From Selaginella moellendorffii (Eukaryota > Plantae > Lycopodiophyta), in the NCBI RefSeq assembly GCF_000143415.4, contig NW_003314293.1, forward strand, positions 124,001 to 188,000: a stretch of 64,000 nt of DNA, given 5' to 3'. Numbering within the stretch: the first letter of the stretch is position 1; each line of letters opens with the position of its first letter. The notes beneath the pieces were generated by a model. That model made no database searches and was not told the DNA's origin. It saw nothing but the letters and a program-made list of their open reading frames with translations. Below are positions 1 to 10,568 of this stretch, in pieces. The position numbers and the translations under genes were made by a program.

Positions 1-1728
1 CGCCTTAGTTCCTTTAGCGAGTTGTCCTCTCGTCGACACCAGGTTTAAGCAGGAATCTTTGGCCTTGCTTTGCCCTACCTTTAGATCTTGGGCCTCCACC
101 CTAGATCTTCTTCCTTGGGCATTCGCCAGTACCACAAGGTTTCTACCTTGTCCATGCAGGGCTACCACGAATCGATTGAAACAGTCCATTCCGAAGATCA
201 CGTCAAATCCCGCCATGTCTAACACGGTGAAATCCATGTCCACCTTCCAAGTCCCCACTTCGACTCTCGCTTGTCGAAGTACCTCATCGGTGCTTTGGCT
301 ACCTTGAACAAACTCTATAGTCCTTGGTTCGCCTAGCCGCTGCACCGTTAGTCCGGCTTGCCGGACTATGTTTGCAGCTACAAAATTATCCGAAGCACCC
401 GTGTCAATAAAGATTTTAACAAAGCTACCTCCGAGCTTCCCTCGAAGGGCTAGTATATGTCGCGAACGACTCTCTACCAAAGTTGCTCGTGTAATGAGTA
501 ACTTTGAGTTAGGGACTGGATCACATACCTCCGTTTGGACTTCACCCGACTTGATGGCCATATTGGCTCTGGCCTTCTTCGGGTAGGGACATTCCCTCGA
601 GAAGTGTCCCGCTTCACCGCAGTTGTAGCATACGTTGTTTCCCACACTGCTATACGACTTGACCTTCTTATCCGTGGGTTTGTCTCTTTTCGCTTGACTC
701 CCCCACGTACTCGCTCGCTGGCCACCGGATCTGCCTTTCCAGAACCCCGAGGACTCATTCTTAGAGAAACTCTTCTTGAATTTCCCTTTGCTAAACGTTC
801 CCTTTGGTTTGGCCCCTTTGCTAAACGTGGATCCCGACCCCGTCGTGTTCCCCTTTTGCAGGTTATCGTTGAAATGCACCTTGATGGCCGCATCCAACGC
901 TTCCTTGTAGTTGGTTGGGTTCCACCGCATTACTTCGCCGCGAGCCCAGGTTTGCAAACCTGATATGAAGGCATGGAACGCATACATATCCCCCATGTCC
1001 GTGACAAGTATCCTCTTTGCCATAAACCCATTCACATACTCCTGAATGGTTCTGGTCTGCTTCAGCCTACTCAGCTCGTCCCTTAGATGCAGAGTAGCAT
1101 TCGGAGGAACGTAAGTTGCGCGGATCCTCACCTTCATCATTTCCCAAGTGGCCACCGGTCCTTCGTTGGCCTTTGTTGTTCTCCACCAAGACTTGGCATT
1201 ATCTGCCAAGTATGGTTTTGCACATGGGACCTTCTCCGAGCTCGGTAATCGTAACGCTCGGAAGTAGTCCTCCAAATCGTAAAACCAATCCTCCACCACC
1301 TTATAGTCATTCACTCCCTTGAAGACTGGTGGGGGCTTTGGTTTGTACTTGGGAACTACCTGAGGGACTGATTCCACTTCGGTCTGTTCGACCTTGTCTG
1401 GTTTTGCCTCAGTCCCTGCCGAAGGGTCCGCACCTTCTACGCTGCCAGCATCCGCAGTCTTTCGCTTTTTCTTCTGCTTCTCATCACGCTTTAGCTTGCG
1501 TACGAGAGTCTCTAGCAGGGCATTGGTCTGTGCCAATTGTCCTTCTAGAACATCCAATCGAGCCTTGGACGACCGAACCTCACCACCAGACTCCTGTTTG
1601 GAAGTTGCCTCACTGGAGTCCTCCTCATGCAAGGATTCCTCATCCATAGCCTCCTGTTCGACCGGAGGCTCCAGCTCTGGAGGAGGTTCCGTCTCTGCCT
1701 GTGTTCGCTTTCGTCCTACCCTTGCCAT
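1..1728 (-). CDS. Ty3/gypsy gag-protease(-pol) polyprotein, 5' part, runs off the left edge
   Basis: The ATG at 1728, a CCHC zinc knuckle CYNCGEAGHFSREC (~589-630) and the protease motif IFIDTGASDNFV (Asp codon 403-405) are all in one frame. No stop-terminated ORF is listed in that frame, consistent with an open frame to the window edge. Confidence 0.9.
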   Translation of the reverse strand, partial: MARVGRKRTQAETEPPPELEPPVEQEAMDEESLHEEDSSEATSKQESGGEVRSSKARLDVLEGQLAQTNALLETLVRKLKRDEKQKKKRKTADAGSVEGADPSAGTEAKPDKVEQTEVESVPQVVPKYKPKPPPVFKGVNDYKVVEDWFYDLEDYFRALRLPSSEKVPCAKPYLADNAKSWWRTTKANEGPVATWEMMKVRIRATYVPPNATLHLRDELSRLKQTRTIQEYVNGFMAKRILVTDMGDMYAFHAFISGLQTWARGEVMRWNPTNYKEALDAAIKVHFNDNLQKGNTTGSGSTFSKGAKPKGTFSKGKFKKSFSKNESSGFWKGRSGGQRASTWGSQAKRDKPTDKKVKSYSSVGNNVCYNCGEAGHFSRECPYPKKARANMAIKSGEVQTEVCDPVPNSKLLITRATLVESRSRHILALRGKLGGSFVKIFIDTGASDNFVAANIVRQAGLTVQRLGEPRTIEFVQGSQSTDEVLRQARVEVGTWKVDMDFTVLDMAGFDVIFGMDCFNRFVVALHGQGRNLVVLANAQGRRSRVEAQDLKVGQSKAKDSCLNLVSTRGQLAKGTKA

Positions 1729-1771
1729 CTCCCAGCAATCCGCCTCTATCCTTCGCTAGAACTGAGGAAGA

Positions 1772-1784
1772 GGCTCCGATACCA
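1772..1784 (-). promoter_or_regulatory. Primer-binding site (tRNA-iMet type)
   Basis: The minus strand reads TGGTATCGGAGCC 3 nt after the LTR end. Confidence 0.9.
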
Positions 1785-1787
1785 AAT

Positions 1788-2958
1788 TGTAAGCCACAAA
1801 TTTTTCCTTTCCAATTTGCCAGCTTACCTCGTCTATCCGACGAACTCTGCCTTGGCTTGTGCTAAGTTCCCTCGCCAAGGTTCCCGCCTATGGTACCAGC
1901 TCCTACTTGGTCCTACTTAGTTTTAGCTACTTACTGCACGAGCAACGGAGTGTTAGCCATCCATCTACGGATTCCCAAATCTCTCCCAATCCCCCTCCCC
2001 AGGTTAGACTGGACTTAAGGTTCGGCTACACTCCCCGCAGGCACAAACAGCCAAGCACACCAAGCCTCTAGATTCCTAACGCCCCTTGGTACCACAAGAC
2101 TTGATCATGGGACCCTCTAAATCCCAAGTCTTGGGTGCAGCACTTGCTTCGGGACGTCAGGGCGAAACACCGTGGCCTAACGGCCCGGTATGGGTACCTC
2201 TACCCCCCCACTTCCTTCCCGAAGGGAAGGCCCAAGCCCCTAGGAAGGGCGAGGACCAATGAGCCACAAGGTACTCAAGTGGGGCACCACTCCACCTGAG
2301 CCGGGAGCACCGCAGTCGGTTTCCCTTTCGGGAGTGGGAGCTGCTCTTGAGCACTTCGCTGGGTGGCCCCTCCGGCACCACTCAGGCCCATGCTCACTCC
2401 CACCCAAGGCTTCTCGGCCCCAGTCTCAACCTCAAGTCAGTTTGGAAGCACCACTGGAGAGTTCCTTCAAGACTGGTTCCTGGACCTCACTATCCCTACT
2501 ATACTTTTGGAACCCCCTGCAGCCCCCCCCCCCCCCCCCCCCCCCCGGGAGACGCACGCTTTGGGCTTTCACCCCTTGACCTGTATTAGTATTTGGACTT
2601 AGTCTCTGGCTCGATCTCGGACCCGATTTCGGATCCGACTTCGGATTCGGTCTCGGACTCGATCTCGGACTCGATCTCGGACCCGATCTCGGACCCGACC
2701 TTGGACTCGACCTCGGACTCGGTCTCGGACCCGATTTCGGATCTCGGACTCCGTCTCGAACTCGGTCTCGAACTCGGACTCGAACTCGGTCCCCGAGTCG
2801 GTCTCGGACTCGATTCCGGACTCTATCTCGAGCTCGGTCCTAGAGTCGGTCTTGGACTCGATCCTCGACTTGGTCCCATCCGATGAACTCTTTGTCATTT
2901 CGGTCAAGCTTTTGGGGATCCTTTAGCCTACGACATCTCGGGGAGTCGGTTCCTTACA
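1788..2958 (-). mobile_element. 5' LTR (~1.17 kb) of the gypsy element
   Basis: TGTAAG...CTTACA inverted termini and an adjacent PBS. It truncates the flanking ORF exactly at 2958/2959. Confidence 0.9.
2600..2880. repeat. Hexamer/dodecamer tandem repeat (CTCGGA/CTCGGT) inside the LTR
   Basis: Directly visible. Related arrays sit at 10620-10985, 15190-15785 and 18540-18750 in related LTRs. Confidence 0.9.
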
Positions 2959-3991
2959 GCGAGTTGCCTTTTATCAGGCGGACAACTCTTGTCTTGAAGA
3001 CTTTCTTCACCTCCTCGCCCACCATAATATCCACAACTATCTCTTGCATCGCCAAGCTAGAATGCTGCCCGGAGACGGCATAGAACCGGATGTTCTGATC
3101 GTCCAACACCTTCCTATTGATCAAGTCTGGAAACCTCGTCTCACCCTTCATTGTTTGGTAGTAGGGGATCACGTCTGCGATGTCGGGTGTTACTGGACTT
3201 GCCAGCATCTTCTGCTTCAGTTTCTCCACCCACTCATCAGATACTAGCCTGTGGTTGTATTTGCTTTGGATGTCGATACGGCTCACGTCGATTGTATATA
3301 CTTTGTTGGAATAGTAACAAGTACTATTATCTGCGACGATTTTTGCTGCCTCTTCTTGCTCTTTCTGCTCTTTGCGGCTCTTCTTTTTGGTGGGTGTAGT
3401 GTTTGAACCCGAGGTAATGGCATCACCGAGTAGCTTCTTTTTTGGAGCAGGAGAGTCGGACGTCGGCTTGAGCTTGACCACCCTTTTCTGCTTCGGGGTA
3501 GTTTCCAGATCAACCCCCTTCCCCTTCGCTTCGCGAACTAGAGGCACTCTCAACGGCTCAATGTTGGAATATAGTTTTTGAACATCGCCGTAGGTGAGGT
3601 TCGTGGATTCCATGTGATCTTCATAGACCCACAGTGTCTTTGAAATTGTGGGCCTCCTGGACAACCTCTCCCTAGCTCCCTCTAGGAATTCCTCATAGCC
3701 GCTGCCCCCCTTCGGGAAGCCGCTAGGATGTGCAAGGTGGATCTTGAAGGCGGACGCTGTCTCTACCACAAGTGCCAGTCCATATTCTTGCATGGAACTG
3801 CATGGAGTGTCTGTCACTTGGATAAGGATCCCCATGCATTCTTTTCTCCCACCATCTGTGTTGTACAGCCTCAGATCCTTGCCTTCCATCCCGAAAGTCC
3901 AATTGGTGAGCTCCTCCCCCTTCTCTGCATCCACATTGACAGTGGCTGGAAAAAGAACGCAATTCCTCGCCTGTTCAGAAATGCACAACAA
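2959..3991 (-). CDS. Transposon-borne protein with a basic NLS-like linker and ParB/Srx (DGQHR-like) domain, 3'-truncated by the LTR insertion
   Basis: 345-aa open frame. The C-terminal IDVSRI...YNHRLVSDEWVEKLKQKM...FYAVSGQHSSLAM...TRVVRLI follows the ParB/Srx pattern. The stop codon is supplied by the LTR's TGTAA. The true start is probably in upstream exons (minus-strand GTAAG donors at 4209 and 4312). Confidence 0.65.
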
Positions 3992-4025
3992 TTAGAGCTG
4001 ATAGATGAAAAGCTAGCAGCTGAAA

Positions 4026-7000
4026 ATAACGTGAGGCCACACGCCATTCACCACTACATCAGATGTCTTGAGGCTGCATCCTAAGATGGCGTGAGGCTAC
4101 ACGCCATCTGTAACCGGACTGCACTCGAGAGCCCAATCGGTGCATGTTAATGTTGCTACTGAATGGCATGTGGCCTCATGCCATTTTCTACTTGGCCTAA
4201 AAGACTTACCATTTGAAGCCGAATGGAGGCGTGACAATTGAGGCCGGACTCGCTGGCGAATGTGCACTATGTGTGCAGCGGATCGTAGTAGCAAGGCTAC
4301 TCTGCCACTTACAGTTGGAGAGTGCCGCTGAAATCTCCCGGGACGCTAAGTGAGCTGCGTGTGGGTGGCGGAGTGGGCGGCGGAGTTGGCGGCGAAGTTA
4401 CAAACTGGGTATGTCTTGAAGTGGACGCCGATGCACACGAGCGCGATGCGAGCGCAAGTGTGATGCAAGCGCGAGTGGACGCCGATGCACACGAGAAACC
4501 TGTAGAGAAGGTAGATGAGCGCGAATGTGAGCGTGATCGCGAGTGGGAGCGCGATGCGAGCGCGAGTGTGCGAGCGCGAGTATGAAGCAAAATGCAAAAC
4601 CTAACCTCACACGCGCGAAATGTCACGACGGTTGGTAATCCTGCCACATCATCATTCCTCGGACTTGGGCGCCACCATTAATTTCTGGATTGCCGCGCGC
4701 ATGCATACACGTGAAATCCAAAAGAAATCCGCAACGTCATCATTCCTCGGACTGCATGCACGCGAAATCCAAAAGAAAGATCATGATTGGGATATCATTT
4801 AATACCCTCGCTATATTTATACCATGCATGATTGGATATTCCAAAGCATCTTGTATTTCCAAAAATGCCAGATGTTCAGCTAAATAAATTGTCAGAGGAT
4901 TTGATATGACGTTCAAGCGTGTGGGCTCATGCAATTTTGATCCCAAAAAATGCACCAAAAAATGCTTGGCGTCATCTTGAATGGCGTGGGGCCGCATGCC
5001 ATTTTCAAGGGCACATAGGAGTATATTCCTAGAATATTCTGACACGCGTGAGATGTTTTTGAGTTTTTTGGAGATCCAACCGTTAGATCGCAACTAGATT
5101 TTACAGAATGGTATACAATGTCTTTCTTGACGACCCTGCAAAAAAGCATCTCGATCAGACACCACATGAGACCACACGAGCCTTACAATGTTTCAGGGGC
5201 ATTTGCCACAGATCCAACCGTTATTTTGCTCCAAGATTTTACAGTTTGGTGTGCATTGACCTTTCCATCGGCACTGCAAAGGGACATCACAATCAGATGC
5301 GGGATCACAAGAAACTAACTTCACTAACTCTGGTTTCACCAAGATCTACGTAAGGAGTTATGAAATGAAAGGACCCTCTCTATTGAAATGTGTTTATGGT
5401 CCTAGGGGCATTGTGACATATCAAAGGATTTTGCATCAAGTTCTGTATTTGCATGTTTATCAAGCTACTGAATTGCTAAACCCTAACCCTAAACCCTAAA
5501 CATGTGGCAAATGCTGCGTGAAGAAAGATACCCTTTCTGGGCAAATGCTGTAAGAGGCAGATGCCGAGCAGATGTATCTCAGGCTAGCGAAGGGGACAAA
5601 CGAAAGCTAGCTATAAACATGACGGGATGCAAATTACTAGGCTGGTCCTGCGAAAATCAAAAACCATAATTGAAAACATTGAAAATGCAAAAAGAAAGGT
5701 TTATAATATTTTTGAATTTTAAGCAACCAAAGGAATGTAAGTAGGGCATGTGTTTGTAAGTTTAAAAATGCCTCAACCACTTAAATTCCCAACTAAATAA
5801 AGCTGTTTCTATTTTTGGTACAGGTAAACTTTATAGCGTGTGGGCTCATGCAATTTTGAACCCAAAAATGCACCAAAAAATGCTCGACTAGCATTATTCT
5901 TTGAATGGGGTGTGGCCTTATATTGCCATAAATGGACGTACACACACAGCATAATTATTCCTTTACACGGCAAATAATCTTGGCGCGGATCACTGACACG
6001 GCATGGCAAAGTTCGAATCACTGACATGGCATAGCTGGATCGAGGCAAGGACATGATGTGACAAAGTTCAACCTCCGACAGCAAAGTCTAGAAGCTACTC
6101 AGTTTGAAATTTGTCAGAGGAATCATAAGATTTGGTTTGTCAGAGGATTTGATGTGACGTTCAAGTGTGTGTTATTTTTGAATTCTCGAACTCATTCCTA
6201 GGTCTATCATTTTTGTGCGCCGTGTTCTTGGTTCCGCTGAGCGCAGTGAGCGCTGCTTGTGTAAGTGGCGTTGTGAGTTGTGGTTTATGCGTCTACAAGC
6301 GGTTGCGGCATTGCGAGCGCCATTGCGAGCGGCAGTTTATGCGAGTGGTAGTTTGTGCGAGCGGCGCTACAAGCAATTGCGGTGTTGCGAGTGGCGCTAC
6401 GAGTAGTTGTGGTGTTGCGAGCGGCACTGTCTTTGGTGTGGCTACCACTTCCTCTTGATATTCGGCACTTGTGCTTCCTGGTATGTTCACCATGGAATGG
6501 CTTAGGACCACATTTAGAAATGGCATGAGGCCACATGCCATCTTGGGCCCTTGCAATTTCATGGCTAGCGTATTGTCATGTATGTTTTTACTTGCCTGCA
6601 GCTGTGTGTATATCAAGATGGCATGAGGCCTCATGCCAATTTTGTGAATGCGAAATTTCACGTGGGTGTCAATAGCATGTTTGAATAATGGCATGTGGCC
6701 TCATGCTATTGAGGTTGTTTGGTATGTTATGATTTAGGCCATTCTCCAATCATTTTTTGTATGGTCTTAACTTCTTTTCTGCACTTTCAGAATGGCCTTC
6801 AGGGTTGGGGAAAAGGTTTACATTTTGAATGGTGGGAAGAGAGTTGCAAAAGGGACCCTGGTGTCTATGGATCGGAACTTTGTTATACACTGTCAAAGGC
6901 TTGGGGAAGGAAATGTTGCTGTATCAGTAGAGACTGTCTTTGATGGGAATGTGGTCGCTATTGAACGAGGAGAGATGGTCGTCGGGGTAAATGTTGTTGT

Positions 7001-10000
7001 TGCCTTGAAAAATCTTCAGAAGAAAGCAGATGTTGGGGACAGCGCAAGTGCGATGCATGTTCCCTCCGTGGATTTTAAGAACCGTGCTACATGGATTTAG
7101 GCAAAGGTGTTTCTAAACAACCCCGAGGGGGAGGTGGTAGCTGAGGGCTTAGCCACAGTTGTCGATCCAAGAGATGTGGTTGCTAATCAAGAATTGGGCT
7201 GGGATGATATTGGAGTTGTGATTTTAGAGGTTGTTGACATAGAAGAAAACAGTCTGACTATTGGAAGCATTGTGCGGTGGAAATTGAGGCACTTAGTGTT
7301 TGAGAATGTGAAGGATTCACAATCAAACACCACTACAACTGATGATAGAACATCTCTTCATGGGAAAAGAAAGTACACCTTCCTAAAGCACAGCCAAAGG
7401 GATCTGAGCAACGAACCGAAAAGGCAGAAAATGGCGATGGAGGTTCGAATGGTCTCGATAGTTGCTTGTTGCAAGAGGAGGTGCTATCAACATGCTGATT
7501 GGGATGCTATTGAAGAGGAGAGAGCAAGATACAAGACATTGTCTTGGAAGGCAGCTCGCAATTTTGTGTATGAGGCATTACGGTCATCTGTTGATGCTTC
7601 AGAACATCAAGTGGGGGGCATGGTCTTCCAGAGGGGTTTGGTCTGCATGAAGGCATGGAGAATCATTTATGGAGTCCCTCGAACCACATTTTACAGAATC
7701 AAAACTGAGTTCGAGGAACAAAGGGTTCAACAGGCAGTCCATGGGAACGACGGTACGCACAAAACCAGGGGTCATGTTGTATATGGAGAGGCAATCTTCA
7801 AGAGGTTTGTCGAGACATGTAGCGAGTAGCAACCACATAAAACCTGCCTCTTGGAAGATGGAACACGAGACACCCAACGAGTTCTCCCTTCCATGTATAC
7901 CAAGGGGGCCATATTGGAAGATGTGAATCTGGAACTCCAGAGTAATGGATATAGGAAGTTGAGCCAATCTAGATTTAGTAGATTGTGGAGCAACAGGTTC
8001 AGGGATGTGAGTATAGGAAAGTACTCCAGCTTTTCAAAGTGTGACGAGTGCACTGCTATCAAAATGGCTTTGTCGAAGAATTCTTGCAGCGCTCAAGAGT
8101 GAGAGACGTTGGTTAGAAGGCGGCTCGACCACAACATCGAGCAGAGAAGCTGCAGATTGCATATTATCATAACAAGATTCTCTCCATGGAGAGACCTGAC
8201 TCTTACCTCTGCATCATCCACGACAAAATGGACCAGAAATAAACATGCTTACCTCGACTCAATCCTACCCCCAAGGCAATCTCTTCATCCATGCAGTTGC
8301 CTGTGTCTCTGTTTGGCATAATCGCTCATGGGCATGGTGCCCAGAACTATGGGAACTTCTTTGTACCTCTATGGGGTGGCGGGGGTGCAAACATGATGAT
8401 TGCGTCCCTAGCAAAACACTTAAGGTCTTTGCAAAGTGCGCAGACTGAGCTGAACGGCCAACCCTTGCATAAGGCCCTTGTCGATCGAACCCCATACAGG
8501 GTTCAGCTGGAGGAGGAGCAAAGGCTTGCAGTATCACATGGGGCCCTATGCCATCCCAGTGAATATGTTGGCCGTCAGATTGTAGGGTTATCACGTGAGG
8601 CCTCATGCCATTCCGACGAGGCTGGTCGCCTGGTGAATGCACAGCCTCATCCAAACGAAGCAGAATCTCAAGGAAGTTCTTGCGGCCGATGTGGCCTTCC
8701 ACCCCATCTTCTGCTCCAAACAGACAATGCTGGCAGTGAGAAAAAAAACATGTACGTCTTTGCGTACTTGGCAATGCTTGTTGCCAAAGGCATATTTGAA
8801 ATGGTTACACTTGGCTTTCTCATGGTTGGGCACACTCATGAAGACGTCGATGCCATGTTCAGTCACCTGGTAGAGTCCCTCCGGCAATCCAATGTCCTCA
8901 CCCTCCCACAACTCTGCGATGAATTCCAAAATTGCATCAAAGGCACTGTTGAAGCTGCATTTGTGACAGAGGTTCCAGACTTTAAGGGGTTTGTAAAAGG
9001 CTACATCAGGGACGGATCCGAAACGCTGATTGGCCACTCCAAGCCTCTTCAGTTTCATTTCAGCATGCGTGACGGTGCTCCAGTGATGAGGTACAAGATG
9101 AGAGAATGGGACACAGTGTGGCTGCCAGTGGACAGCATTGAACTCTTCAAGAGAGATCCCATAACTGGGGAACCTATGATTCCTTAGGGTTCCCCACGGC
9201 CGATGCACCCGGATGGACTCAAAGACCAGGAAAGTATAGTGGCCGGGATTAGACAGCATATTGCCTTCTGGAAGAGGGGGTTGGTGTTTGGTGGAGAATC
9301 CTATTTTAAGAGGTGCAAGCCTTTGCTCGAATACTGGGAGAAGATTATATCTGCTATCCAAAATGGGCCGGTTGTATATGAAGAATTGGAAGAGTCCTTT
9401 TGGCCAGAACCCAGAGCACCAGATAGTAGCGGAACAATGTCCTCTGGAAATGCAGTGACAGATAATGATGTTGAGGATCACTATTGTGGGCCGAGGAACA
9501 ACAAGCCGGATTCAGCATTCAATCTAGTATAGGTCTGCAAAGGAATGGTCGTGCTTGTCAGACCCAGTAATAAAAAACAAATGATATGGGTGGGGCGCTG
9601 CATCACTGATGCAGAGGAGGACGTGGAAACTAACTCCTTCAATGTAACTGTGGAGTGGTTCAAGCCAAGTTCCGGATATACGAAGGATTGCCTAGAAAAG
9701 AGATGGGTGCTGAATCCAAGGGATCCCAGCATGAGCATATCGGTGGATAATGTTGTGCATGGTTGGATGCGGAAGCAGAGTGCCACCATCACCTTGCCAG
9801 ACCATGCAAGAGATGCAGCAAGAGCATTCATAACCCGGGTTCAAGGTGAGATTCATTAATATTCCTTTACTAAGTTTCTAATGTATTTTATTTCAAGGTG
9901 AACAATTCAAATCTGAATCAGAGGAGGCGTGATGGCATGGCGTGATGGCGTGAGGCGTGACACCAAAAAGGAGGTGTCCACTAGCGCTTAGGCTTATAAT

Positions 10001-10109
10001 GGCGTGTGCCCTCATGCCATTTACTTGATCACCAAATACCTTTTTCCCTTTGCACTAGTATATCTTAATACCGGTCTGTGAAATAGAATGGCATGTGCCC
10101 TCAGGCCTT
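4026..10109. repeat. Dispersed 22-bp palindrome ATGGCRTGWGG|CCWCAYGCCAT, ~12 copies
   Basis: Copies start at 4026, 4086, 4163, 4981, 5905 (degenerate), 6520, 6618, 6688, 8533, 8590, 9999 and 10088. A half-site run lies at 9926-9960. Confidence 0.92.
6792..9859 (+). pseudogene. Sola-like DDD transposase (~1020 aa reconstructed), inactivated
   Basis: Consecutive same-frame ORFs are separated by single stops (7098, 7827, 8100, 8240, 9185, 9530) and one frameshift near 8160. Motifs: CCKRRC, VCMKAWRIIYGV, FSKCDEC, IIHDKMDQ, LLLQTDNAGSEKKN, FLMVGHTHEDVDAMFS. Confidence 0.85.
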
Positions 10110-10568
10110 TTACTAAATCACCTTTGAAAGAAATGCAAGCCTCTATGTCGTAAAAAAAAGGTACTAGAGAAATTCCTTAATAATATGAATGTTATTTAGT
10201 TTCATGAAAATACAGTAAGGGTCAAATGAGTTAAATGACTTCTCCAGACTAGCAATGCCTCTTGCTACACCTTCACAATTAGATTCGTTAGAAAAAGATA
10301 ACATTGAATAATATCTAAATGTTCTCACCATTAAGTTATATGTCTGGCTAATAGGAATGATGTTCATCTTGGAAAGCTCACCACACGCTCAATGAACAAA
10401 CAAATAGTGGACTCAGTCTGGACACAAAGTCACCGCACTAGTCACCATGCCCCAGATATGTCTAGCCCCTGGACAAAAAACATATAATTTCACGTCATTT
10501 TCAAATATTTGAAAATTTGTACCTAGTCCCATTTTACTGAATAAATCCCACTTTAACGAAATAGAGCT

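Larger units (their letters stand above)
2959..10568. mobile_element. Large Sola-like DNA transposon with two divergent genes; left part displaced off-window by the gypsy insertion
   Basis: Contains a transposase pseudogene, a divergent ORF and element-restricted palindromes. The right boundary is placed where homology to the interrupted LTR (TAAACCCCCCAGGGTCTGGGAG, compare the reverse copy at 15810-15831) starts abruptly at ~10569. Confidence 0.75.

Noticed and set aside
4026-4184. Palindromic repeats with unique spacers resembling a CRISPR array
   Set aside because: Only 2-3 repeats per cluster, spacers of 35-76 bp that are irregular, no cas genes, and a eukaryotic TE context.
8603-9481. 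292-aa minus-strand ORF
   Set aside because: Antisense shadow of the transposase frame.
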